Position numbers and translations under genes: made by a program | Notes under the pieces: generated by a model | The model's input: the letters and a program-made list of their open reading frames with translations, nothing else | What the model was told of the DNA's origin: nothing | The model's database searches: none | Shown: positions 1 to 10,540 of the stretch, one piece after another | Layout: the number at the start of each line of letters is the position of its first letter | How positions within the stretch are numbered: position 1 is the first letter of the stretch | Assembly: GCF_006345805.1 (NCBI RefSeq) | Contig: NW_021835305.1 | Location: 1 to 41,254, forward strand | Direction of reading: 5' to 3' | Source of the DNA: Octopus sinensis | Lineage: Eukaryota | Length of the DNA stretch: 41,254 nt

Positions 1-40
1 TATGATATATATATATATTATATTTATATATATATAAATA

Positions 41-200
41 TCAAATAAGCGAAAAATGAAATTTACAATACCAAACAACAAGAGGACGCGCACAAGGATG
101 TATAGTTTGGCGCTCTGTAAAAAGAGACAATTTTTGGTTGTTTCGAGCATAGTTCTTCGTCGAAAAGAAAAAAGGAAAAGCTTGTAGTAAATGCTGTGAT
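41..200 (-). mobile_element. Decayed Penelope-like terminal fragment with degenerate hammerhead motif
   Basis: The minus strand reads TCGACGA-A-GAAC-TAT-GCTC-GAAA at about 141-162. It resembles 40535-40566 and is flanked on both sides by (TA)n. Confidence 0.4.
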
Positions 201-231
<31 letters not shown>

Positions 232-240
232 ATATATAAT

Positions 241-286
<46 letters not shown>

Positions 287-315
287 ATGTGTGTGTGTGT
301 GGTGTGTGTGTGTAA

Positions 316-720
316 TGTAGAAGAAAAATACAAACTGGGACAAGAACGTGAAACATTTAGAAGACGATACAAAAAACACGGACCGGGACATTCGAAGCCT
401 TCAATCTTCAGTCAAGAACCGGATCATCTTCGCAATTTCGGCTGATTAATCTTGAGATTGCTCCGATCTGGCCAGCCCCAAAGGAAAATCTAAGCCAAGC
501 GCATTAGATTCCTTGGAAGAAAGCCTCGGATGTATACAAAACAAGGACGGAAAAACGGACGATGTTACACGAGTAAAAAAACAAAAATACGTAAAAACAA
601 TAATGATAATAATAATAACAACAAAAACAGGACGTCACAGACAAGCGTCTTTTCGACAGGACGAGTAAATTTTTGAGCTGGCGTTAGAAGAAAGCCTTAG
701 GGCTACAGAGAGACAAAAAT
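316..720 (-). mobile_element. Non-autonomous element family P1 (probably Penelope-derived), copy 1
   Basis: About 240 bp (328-565) aligns closely with 21488-21725. Both copies start next to a (TA)/(TG) microsatellite and contain hammerhead core motifs. Confidence 0.6.
396..461 (-). ncRNA. Candidate non-circularly permuted hammerhead ribozyme (family P1)
   Basis: Minus strand: GCAA-UC^-UCAAGA-uuaa-UCAGCC-GAAA-UUGC-(14 nt)-UCUUGA-CUGAAGA-uugaa-GGCU. Stem III (GCAAU/AUUGC) and stem I (UCAAGA/UCUUGA) are perfect. Stem II needs a 5-nt insert or a 2-nt bulge. Confidence 0.6.
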
Positions 721-756
721 GTGTATATATATATACATGTATATACACACATACTA

Positions 757-771
757 TATCTATCTATCTAC

Positions 772-860
<89 letters not shown>

Positions 861-861
861 A

Positions 862-925
<64 letters not shown>
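757..925. repeat. (TATC)n microsatellite
   Basis: Near-perfect TATC array. Similar arrays lie near 6980-7065, 7430-7525 and 12570-12635. Confidence 0.95.
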
Positions 926-926
<1 letters not shown>

Positions 927-1694
927 CATACATTATGGCAAAATGCTCAAGGAAAAGCGTTATATGAGAGCATGTTCAAAAATGAGTTTTATATATGAAG
1001 CATAGAAGTAATGATCCTGGAATGTGAGATAGGCCTTTGTTGCTGTTTGTTGTTGCATAATCCTCCATGTTTGTCCTATTCTAGCAGACACAATGGTCAA
1101 AGTTCTTCCGACCGTGCCCATCTCTCATATAAAGTAGCACATTTCTGATGCATAACGTTATTTTTACCTGAAACGTAACTCGTTTCTCATGAATTTCATG
1201 TCATTAGTTACTTGGCTTGATTAATTAAAAAAAAAAATCGTTTAGTTGTTATTATGTAGCTCCTAGTCAACCGTCATTCAGCATTCACCTTTGATCAAAT
1301 GTAATCCGGTCGTGACTAACCATCAGAGACAATGTGTATTTTCTAACACGATAGTGACCTTATAGATCTCATATCTAAAAGAGATTTCGTGCGAAGGATA
1401 CATTATCTATGTTGTCAAAACGGTGAGGTTTGATCCGAAGGCTATTTAACAGCTGTTTATAGCAGATCACGCGACTATATAGAGGCAACTTCTCGTTGTG
1501 GGGAGAGGAATACGATCTTTGTTGCTGCAGCTGCTCTTGTTGTTATAGTTGTTGTTGAGCTCCACCAGGGGAAATCGAACTCTGATCAGTGATCTTCCAG
1601 TTTCAAGGAAAATATAAATTATAGTCTAAACAGAAGCGTTATGACGCGTCATAAAACACGAACATACAGAAATCCGCCCCCCCCCAAAAAAAAA

Positions 1695-1882
1695 GCACGG
1701 ACGAAATGCTAAGCGGCATTTCGTCCGTCTTTACGTTCTGGGTTTTAATGACGTCAGGGTCGACTTCCCTTTGATCCTTTTAGTGGGGTCAATAAAGTAA
1801 GTACCAGTTGAACACTGGGGTCGATGTGATCGACTTACATCTCCTCTGAAAATGCTGGCTTTGAGCTAAACTTTAAAATCAA
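1695..1882 (+). mobile_element. tRNA-derived SINE family A, diverged 5'-truncated copy
   Basis: Matches the body of the 6218 and 9313 copies (gaaatgct..cggcatttcgtc, aagtaccagtt..actggggtcgatgt). Confidence 0.75.
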
Positions 1883-2454
1883 TATGTACATTCTTTCGAA
1901 TATGGATTGGTTAGATAGAGTTCATAATTCTAGACTTATATTTCTAAATATTTTTTTTTTTAATTTGAGGAGGGAAAAAAATAATAGGATGCTGTGAGGC
2001 TGATGGCATTTTCCTAAGAACACGTGCAACGTAAGAAATGAGATATAAGTGCAGTGGAGTGGAACGGAGTGAAGCGGCTCAGCTGCGAACTGATTCCGGA
2101 GCCACAAGAGACACGGTTCACTGAATGAACACGTCTGCACTATATTACGTGTCACGAGATATAGACGTGTGTGTTTGTGTGTGTGTATGTGTTTGTGTTT
2201 TTCGTGCGTGTGTGTATGAATGTATACATAATACACTCCATGTGTATGCATATATATATATGAAAAATATATATGTACACACATTAATGTGCAATATCTA
2301 TATATACATGCATATACACACAAATGCATATATGTCTGTATGTATATACGCATATATGTATCTGTATATATGCACTATATGTGTATGTGTTTGTGTATGA
2401 ATACACACTTATCTACACGCAGATGTATATGCATGTATGTGCGTATAGCTATTA

Positions 2455-2600
2455 TCTTTTACTTGTTTCAGTCATTCAGATTGCGGCCACGCTGGGGCAC
2501 AGTTTGATGAATTTTTGTCAATCGAAGTATCTTTTAAAGCTTGGTACTTAATCTATGGGACTGTTTTGTCGAACCGCTACACTACAGCGACATAAACAAA
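2455..2600 (-). mobile_element. SINE family B, 3' fragment
   Basis: tcttttacttgtttcagtcatt is the reverse complement of the family B tail at 19253-19274. Confidence 0.7.
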
Positions 2601-2711
2601 CAACCACTTGTGGATCAATGTAATGGCGTTCAGTTCGGGGTACTAGGTATAACACTCGATGTTAGGTACTAGTTGAATTAGAAAATGGTGACCCACCGCA
2701 CCCTGTATATA

Positions 2712-2796
<85 letters not shown>

Positions 2797-2818
2797 TATA
2801 GTTATATATATATATATA

Positions 2819-3045
2819 GGGAGAATTCACAACAAAACAAAAGACGAACACAGGTGGTGTAGACAACAAATGGATGTATTAGTATAACTCTCGGGAAGTG
2901 AAAAAGTCTTTTACGTTTCGAGCTACGCTCTTCCACAAAAAGGAACACAGAAAGAAACAATGAAAGAAAATAAAGAATGTGTAGTGGCTAGCGATCTATC
3001 ATGGCGAATGCCGGACAGAAGGGTCACCACGGAGAGCTAGGTAGA
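2819..3045 (-). mobile_element. Penelope-like terminal element (U6-hammerhead family)
   Basis: Closely similar to 20853-21050. It has a degenerate hammerhead at 2907-2943 and (TA)n on both sides. Confidence 0.6.
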
Positions 3046-3342
3046 AAGATATATATATATATATTATATATACATATATATGTATGTATATATATATATA
3101 TATAGATATAGATATATATATATATATATATATAATATTATACATTCATCCATCCATCATCCATCCATCCATCCTCCATCCATACATACATACATACATA
3201 CTAATACATATAATATATAATATATATATATATATATTATATATATATATATATATTAGATTCCGCAGTGAATATAAAATAAATTCAGAAACAATAGTGG
3301 TTATTGAAGCAGAACTCTTGTATACACACACACACATACACG

Positions 3343-3411
<69 letters not shown>

Positions 3412-3594
3412 GCACATACACACACACGCACACACGCACGCATATAATTTCAATATGGAGCAAATATTTCCCGAAAAAATAATTTGCGAAGATATCGTTG
3501 ACTCTAGAGCAACAATTCAAAAATGATAATAACAGAATCAATAATATAGGCGATTGCAGGCCCTCCAAAAAGCATTAAATGGCTGAAGGATTAA

Positions 3595-3961
3595 AATTAA
3601 TCAAAGGAAATACTACATATGTCTACCTGCTGGAAATATCAGTCAAAACTCTTATCTAAATCGCCACTATACACTGATAATAACTTCAGAAATCAACCGT
3701 CCGAAGGCAAACGGCTGAGACAATTTCCCAACGTACATTCTAGTATTTGGCTCACGTAGGCCAGTTTCTGCACTGGCGAGCTGAGGCTATTTTACCACGT
3801 GAGTTCAAATACTTGAATGTACGTTGGGAGATTGTCTCAACCCGTTTGCCTTCGGACGGTAGATTTCTGTACTTATTATCAGCGTATTTTGGCGATTTAA
3901 GTCAGAGTTTTGACTGTTATTTCCAGCAGGTAGATATACTTAGTATGTCCTTTGATTAATT
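3595..3961. repeat. Long imperfect inverted repeat (fold-back or MITE-like)
   Basis: Arms 3595-3757 and 3797-3961 are reverse complements with about 20 differences by manual alignment. The spacer is 39 nt. Confidence 0.9.
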
Positions 3962-3972
3962 ATGATGTGTGT

Positions 3973-4023
<51 letters not shown>

Positions 4024-4214
4024 GTGTGTGTGTGTGCGCGCGCGCGTATTTTTGTGTACGTGTTTGTTGCTACTACTGCTTGACAACCGTATATACAAGA
4101 TAAGGGCAGAAGAAAAATTCTAATGCCAAATATGCCGAAACAAAAAATTGTTGATAACCATTATAATTTATGCGTCTCGAAACAAACCGATAGAAATCTC
4201 TAAAAAATTCGTTA

Positions 4215-4275
4215 TTACCGGATTGGTCCAATTTCGGGGTTAATTCATAAGAAATTTTCCCCTCTTCAGCAGCAA
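4215..4275 (-). ncRNA. Type I hammerhead ribozyme
   Basis: UUGCUG-CUGAAGA-GGGG-(19 nt)-CCCC-GAAA-UUGGACCAA-UC^-CGGUAA. The core is complete and all three stems pair. Predicted cleavage is between 4221 and 4220. Confidence 0.85.
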
Positions 4276-4679
4276 ATACGCGAGATATAAATGAAATATT
4301 TACTCATACCCACGGAAAAAGCAAGCACCAAGTCCTGAGCAGACTTAAGTACCCCAAATATATCCAAAATAGAAAAATCTTCGGCGCACCTCGAGACTCG
4401 TGTGATTCGAACTGGAAACTTTCACAGAGTGATAGATTCCGGAAGTGAACACTAATCTATTTATAATTAATATACGATAAAATTTTTTTCGGGAAAAAAA
4501 TTTTGTCAATGGCCAGCATATCAAAAAATGCCTTTAAAGGTAAAATTTATACATAATTTACAAGATAAGGGCAGAAGAAAAATTCTAATGCCAAATATGC
4601 CGAAACCAAAAATTGTTGATAACCATTATAATTTATGCGTCTCGAAACAAACCGATAGAAATCTCTAAAAAATTCGTTA

Positions 4680-4740
4680 TTACCGTATTGGTCCAATTTC
4701 GGGGTTAATTCATAAGAAATTTTCCCCTCTTCAGTGGCAA
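4680..4740 (-). ncRNA. Type I hammerhead ribozyme (second tandem copy)
   Basis: UUGCCA-CUGAAGA-GGGG-(19 nt)-CCCC-GAAA-UUGGACCAA-UA^-CGGUAA. The core is intact but the first pair of stem I is mismatched (A.C). Confidence 0.75.
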
Positions 4741-5110
4741 ATACGCGAGATATAAATGAAATACTTACTCATACCCACGGAAAAAGCAAGCACCAATTTT
4801 TTATTTCGGCATATTTGGCATTAGAATTTTTCTTCTGCCTTTATCTTGTAAATTATGTATAAATTTTACCTTTAAAGGCATTTTTTGATATGCTGGCCAT
4901 TGATAAAAATTTTTTCCCGAAAAAGATTTTATCCTATATTAATTATAAATATATATATATATATACATAGATACATACATGCATGCCTGCATGCATACAT
5001 ACATACATACATACATACATACATACATACATACATACATACATACATACATACATACATACATACATTCAAATGGTTATAGAATTACACATCAGACGAT
5101 GTGTCATTCT

Positions 5111-5162
5111 GATTGGACAACGGTCACTCTACATTGACCAATGAATGCAAGTGGCAGCCAAT
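5111..5162. promoter_or_regulatory. Cluster of three CCAAT boxes in a unique-sequence island
   Basis: ATTGG at 5112-5116, CCAAT at 5138-5142 and 5158-5162. Motif match only. Confidence 0.2.
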
Positions 5163-5635
5163 TTTCCAGACAGTGAAAGAGCTAGAGAGAGAGAGTGAGA
5201 GAGAGAGAGAGACAGACAGACAGAGAGACAGAGAGACAGAGAGAAAGGATCTGCTGAAATCTGCAGATGTTTTGAGACAACAGAACAAGCTAACATGTCA
5301 GCCAGTGGTCCAGTAACGTTGACAGATTAAAATCGGGAACAAGTCAAACAAAGAAGCGACGACGACGACGATGATGATGATGACGACGACGTGGCCGATG
5401 CCGACGATCATGATGACAAGGATAATAACAACAAAAACAACAACAACAACAACAACAATAATAATAATAATAATATGAAGAAAAATAATGATGATGATGA
5501 TGATGATGATGATGATATTAATGATAATAACACCGACAACAATAACAACGACAATAATAACAATAACAATAATGATTTCTTATATTGGCCACAAGGGTCC
5601 AAGACGCTGAGAAAATAATAATAATAATAATAATA

Positions 5636-5669
<34 letters not shown>

Positions 5670-5972
5670 TGCTTTTTTTTTCTACCAGGGCGAAAGAGAG
5701 GAGGAGACAAAACAAAGACAATAACTAAATATATAAACAGATATAAACGTGTAGAAAATTATAGGGGTAGGTAGGACACGTGACTGACGTGTATATCTTA
5801 AGACGGATTTTCATTGGACACTTTGGTTGCTGTTATTAAAACCAATGTCAACAGCTCGAACTTTTAGGTTGAGCCATACAAAAGGAGCTCATCTGGGGTA
5901 TTTGGGTCGCAGCTTTCGATGGACTATTTGTTGTCGCGATTATGGCCACCATAGCCATCATGGTCGTCGTGG

Positions 5973-6004
<32 letters not shown>

Positions 6005-6217
6005 TTGTTGTTGTTGTTTTTGTTGTTGTTGTCCATACAGTTGTTGCTTCGTTGTTATCATTGTTGTATTGGTTGTTAATGTAATTTCTTACTTTCTCGC
6101 TTTTTTTATTGTTCGTTGCTTGTTCGTTCTTTGGTAAATACAGTAATTTCAGTCTCCGTTATTGCCCCGCCCCTCGTCACCAACAATGTCACCCTCGCTG
6201 AAATAGATATCACATAA

Positions 6218-6612
6218 GGCGGCGAGGTGGCAGAAACGTTAGGACGCCGGGCGAAATGCTTAGCGCTATTTCGTCTGCCGTTATGTTCTGAGTTCAAATT
6301 TCGCCGGGGTTGACTTTGCCTTTCATCCTTTCGGGGTCGATTAAATAAGTACCAGTTACGCACTGGGGTCGATATAATCGACTTAATCCGTTTGTCTGTG
6401 TTTAGCCCTTTGTGGGTAGTAAAGAAATAGGTATTTCGTCTGCTGTTACGTTCTGAGTTCAAATTTCACCGAGGTTGACTTTGCCTTTCATCCTTTCGGG
6501 GTCGATTAAATAAGTAGCAGTTACGCACTGAGGTCGATGTAATCGACTTAGCCCCTTTGTCTGTCCTTGTTTGTCCTCTCTGTGTTTAGTCCCTTGTGGG
6601 CAATAAAGAAAT
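6218..6612 (+). mobile_element. SINE family A, full head plus tandem second body
   Basis: A-box-like tggcagaaacg, B-box-like gagttcaaatt, body repeated after the junction at 6424-6437, and a probable TSD agata(t/c)cacat. Confidence 0.9.
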
Positions 6613-6978
6613 AAGATACCACATCGACACCACTACCAACATTACCACCACTACCACCACCACCACCAACTCCATCACATTCATGATCATGATTGAGATC
6701 ATCATCATCGTCGTCGTCGTCGTTGTCGTCATCAGCATCATCACCATCATCAACATCCTTGTCGTCCTCATCATTATTATCATCAGCGTCGCCGTCGTTG
6801 TCCTCATCGTTGTCATCATCTCATCGTCATCGTCTCCGTCATTGTCTTTGTCATCGTCATCATCTTCATCGTCGTCATCATCATCGTTTACTTCTTTATC
6901 GTAAGCGTCATGCTCATTTTGCTTAAACCAATCAATCAATCAATCAACCAATCTACCCATCCATCTCTCTCTCCCTCC

Positions 6979-7066
<88 letters not shown>

Positions 7067-7440
7067 GTCTGTTGCAAGGATGGCACGTATGAATGACGAA
7101 GTCACCTTGAACATAATCCTATGAACCCGGAAAGATTTAAAACTGAGTTACTTACTTGCAAATATATGTGTTAACATGTGATATTATTGACCGAGGTTAC
7201 CGTGGTCTTTTCCATAGGCTTTTCTTTCCACGGATAAACCGTATCTGTTTCCCCCTTTACACTTTACATCATGACATTTCAATGATACACGATCCCTATT
7301 GATCGTTTTTTTTTTTACGATCCCTTTTGATCGAAAACCTACCCATCCTTTTTTCTCCCCCAAAAGAAAAGCTCTGCTTTGTAATTTGTCCCCTCTGTGT
7401 TCAGTCCTGTGTGGCTAATAAAGAAACATATCTATCTATA

Positions 7441-7507
<67 letters not shown>

Positions 7508-7544
7508 ATATCTATCTATCTATCTATTCCTCTCTCTCTATCTA

Positions 7545-7785
7545 ACAGTCTCCCATGCATACCAACCCCCTCTCTCCAAGCCACTGATGCTATCCATGGG
7601 AAAGGCAAAGGGGCCGATACATCTTGGCACCAGTGACGTCACAACTCATTTCTACAGCTGAGTGAAATGGAGCAACGTGAAATAAAGTGTCTTGCTCAAG
7701 AACACAACACGCAGCTCGGTCCGGGAATCGAACTTACAACCTCACGATCGTAAGCTCGATGCTCTAACCACTGAGTTATACGCCT
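7545..7785 (-). mobile_element. tRNA-derived SINE family D (CORE-like central domain)
   Basis: Minus-strand head ctcagtggttagagcatcg...gttcgattcccggacc, then gtgttcttgagcaagacactttatttcacgttgctcc. Homologous to 14012-14295. Confidence 0.85.
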
Positions 7786-7987
7786 TAACTGAATTTATAA
7801 ATATATATCATATATGTAATGTGTATATATTTGTATATACGTGTGCGCTCACACACATGTACACGTGCGCGGGAAAGAATAGAAATATGTCATTTCGGCT
7901 GTGAGAGATTGAGAGGGAATGAGAAAGAGAGAGAAAATTATATAGCAAAATAGTTACAGAGAGAGAGAGAGAGAGAGAAACAGACAG

Positions 7988-8032
<45 letters not shown>

Positions 8033-9312
8033 GACGACGACGAGTAGTTGAGGAGGAAGAAAGAAAAAAGAAATAAAGTAAGTAAGAAATAAATAAATAA
8101 AGAAAGAAAGAAAGAAAAAAGAGAGAAAGAAAGAAAGAAAGAAAGAAAGAAGAAAGAAAAGTAACGGATAGACCGATGAGTAAGAACAAAATGAAGGGTA
8201 AGATTACACATGCGTTTGTCTATAGAGTGATGGTTTTAGTAAATGAAGCCCATTTCGAATCTGAAGAGAGCTCCAGACTTCACAAGACATCTGCACCATC
8301 ATGGCTGCGCCTGGCCTTCACCAACAATCACAGCAACGAACAATGATACGTTTAATAGGGAAACACCAATGGGACGAGCTGTTTTGGAAACCAATACAGT
8401 CGTGGAGGAAACAGCAGGATACCACGAGGTCTGCGGGTATCAGGGATGAACTGTGATTTCAGCAGCGGTAACGGTCAATGGCATATCATTGGCCACTGGC
8501 GTGTCATAGCAAAATGTGACCCACCCCTAGTAGTGTTGATGTATCAAATAATACAGTGTCTTGGGGTATCACGAAATATTTGAAAGGATGTTTTCATTGA
8601 TATGTATATTAGATAACTCACCGTTACACACACACACACGCGTGCACACACACATACACACATACACAAATGCGTGCGCGCGTACATACACACATACATA
8701 TCCAAACATACACAAACACATATGTATACACATACACACCAAGTGAAACACCATGCACATACACACATACGCATACGTGTGTACACATTTGCACACCGAA
8801 ACACTCACACTCATATACACATCCAAATGCATACACGTATATACACACCCACGCGCACACAGACTCATACACACACACATACATTCATACGCACACACAT
8901 GCATTCATACACACATATACACGCACATACACTCACGTACATAAACGCATGCATGCACATGTACGCACATGTACATAAACATATACATGCATATGTTCGC
9001 ACACACGCGCACCGAAACATTCACGTATATGCACACACACACATGTACACACATACACACACCGAAATACTCATGAACATACATACACTCACACATGTAA
9101 ATGCATAGACACAAACACTCATATATACATTTATGCACACATAATTAATATACTTTATTTATACACGCATAATTCATATACTTTATATATACACACAAAA
9201 CTATATATACTGCGACTGTCCAGTGCGTTTCATTAATATTAATTAGATTAATTAGCATTTTGGCTAATTATCGCTTTCAAGGAATGCTTCACATTATTTC
9301 CTCCGACATCAA

Positions 9313-9745
9313 AGTGGCGAGCTGGTAGAATCGTTAGTACGCTGGGCAGCATTTCGCCCGTCTTTACGTTCTGAGTTCAATTTCCTCCGAGGTCGAGTTA
9401 CCTTTCGTCTTTTCAGGGTCGATAAAATAAATACCAGTTGAGTACTGGGGTCTGTGTAATCGACTTTCCTTTCCCCTAAAATTGCTGGCCTTGTGCCAAA
9501 ATTCGAAACCTTCATTACTTGATATATATAAGGCCACGAGCCGGCAGAATTGTTAGCACACAAGGGGGAAAATGCTTAGCGGTATTTCACCAGTTTTTAC
9601 GTTCTGAATTCAAATTCTGCCGAGGTCGATTTGTGCCTCGTACCAAAATTTGAAACCATTATTTCTTCCAACTTCAACACTCTGAGTTCAAATCAAACCG
9701 AGTTTAACTTAGCCTTTCATCCTTTCGCGGTCGATAAAAAGAAAT
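9313..9745 (+). mobile_element. Cluster of SINE family A copies and fragments
   Basis: Heads at about 9313 and 9531, and a repeated ttctga(g/a)ttcaa motif at about 9371, 9602 and 9681. Confidence 0.8.
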
Positions 9746-10503
9746 GTAATAATCAGAGACGCTAGACTGGCAAACCGAATACCTTTTGGTATTTGTTCCA
9801 CCTCTTTGCATTCTGGGTTTAAATCGCATCATAGCCTACAGTATTTTGCGGCATACAAATCGACGTGATACATAATCCTTTCAACAATAAGCACAAGGTC
9901 TTAAATTTGCTAGGGGAAGCTAATCGATTACATCGACCCCAGTCGAAACTGCCAGAATGCATTGACAATGAATAAATACGTTAGATTCTCAATGTTCTAC
10001 GTGTACTCCATGAATTGTTATATGTTTGATAGACACCAGCAAATAATTTGTTTCCTGGGTTCTATAAATAAGATCCTGTGCTCTTGTTAGATTCATCGGA
10101 CCAGTGGGGTAGCTTTGGCTTAGGAGACACACAATAAGGTCGAAACGTTGAGTGATCTCAAAGTAACCTCACACTGGCGAATCGTGTGTGTTATGAGCAT
10201 ACATCATCTAAAGAGAAGAGGGGTGTTGCGATGAGAAAAAATATTCGCGCTCGGATTTGCCTGAATTTATTAACAATAAATAGATACGTTATTGCAAAGA
10301 TGCTGTTTCCATTGGGTTTTCAAATCGCTGGTACTATTTGTCGGTCGAAACTCCTGACAGAAGTGTCATTGTTTTTCGTTGACGCGGCCTGGATTTGAAT
10401 TCAGGATATAAAAACCCGAAACATACTGCCACAAGGCATCCCATTCGCACACGTACATACACTCCGAAAAACTCATGCATATCCATACACATGTATACAT
10501 ACA

Positions 10504-10540
<37 letters not shown>

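Larger units (their letters stand above)
4094..4950 (-). mobile_element. Retrozyme or Penelope pLTR-like element: 465-bp tandem unit with two hammerheads and a 5' inversion
   Basis: Direct repeat 4094-4331 = 4559-4796 (period 465). Segment 4794-4950 is an inverted copy of 4459-4615. Each direct repeat holds one hammerhead. Confidence 0.8.

Noticed and set aside
2620-2708. TA-CAGGGTG end resembling a Tc1/mariner terminal inverted repeat
   Set aside because: Only one end is visible and there is no transposase sequence.
5868-5970. Possible exon after ttttag encoding a hydrophobic segment
   Set aside because: The hydrophobic frame is preceded by TGA, runs into a (GTT)n repeat and has no convincing donor site.
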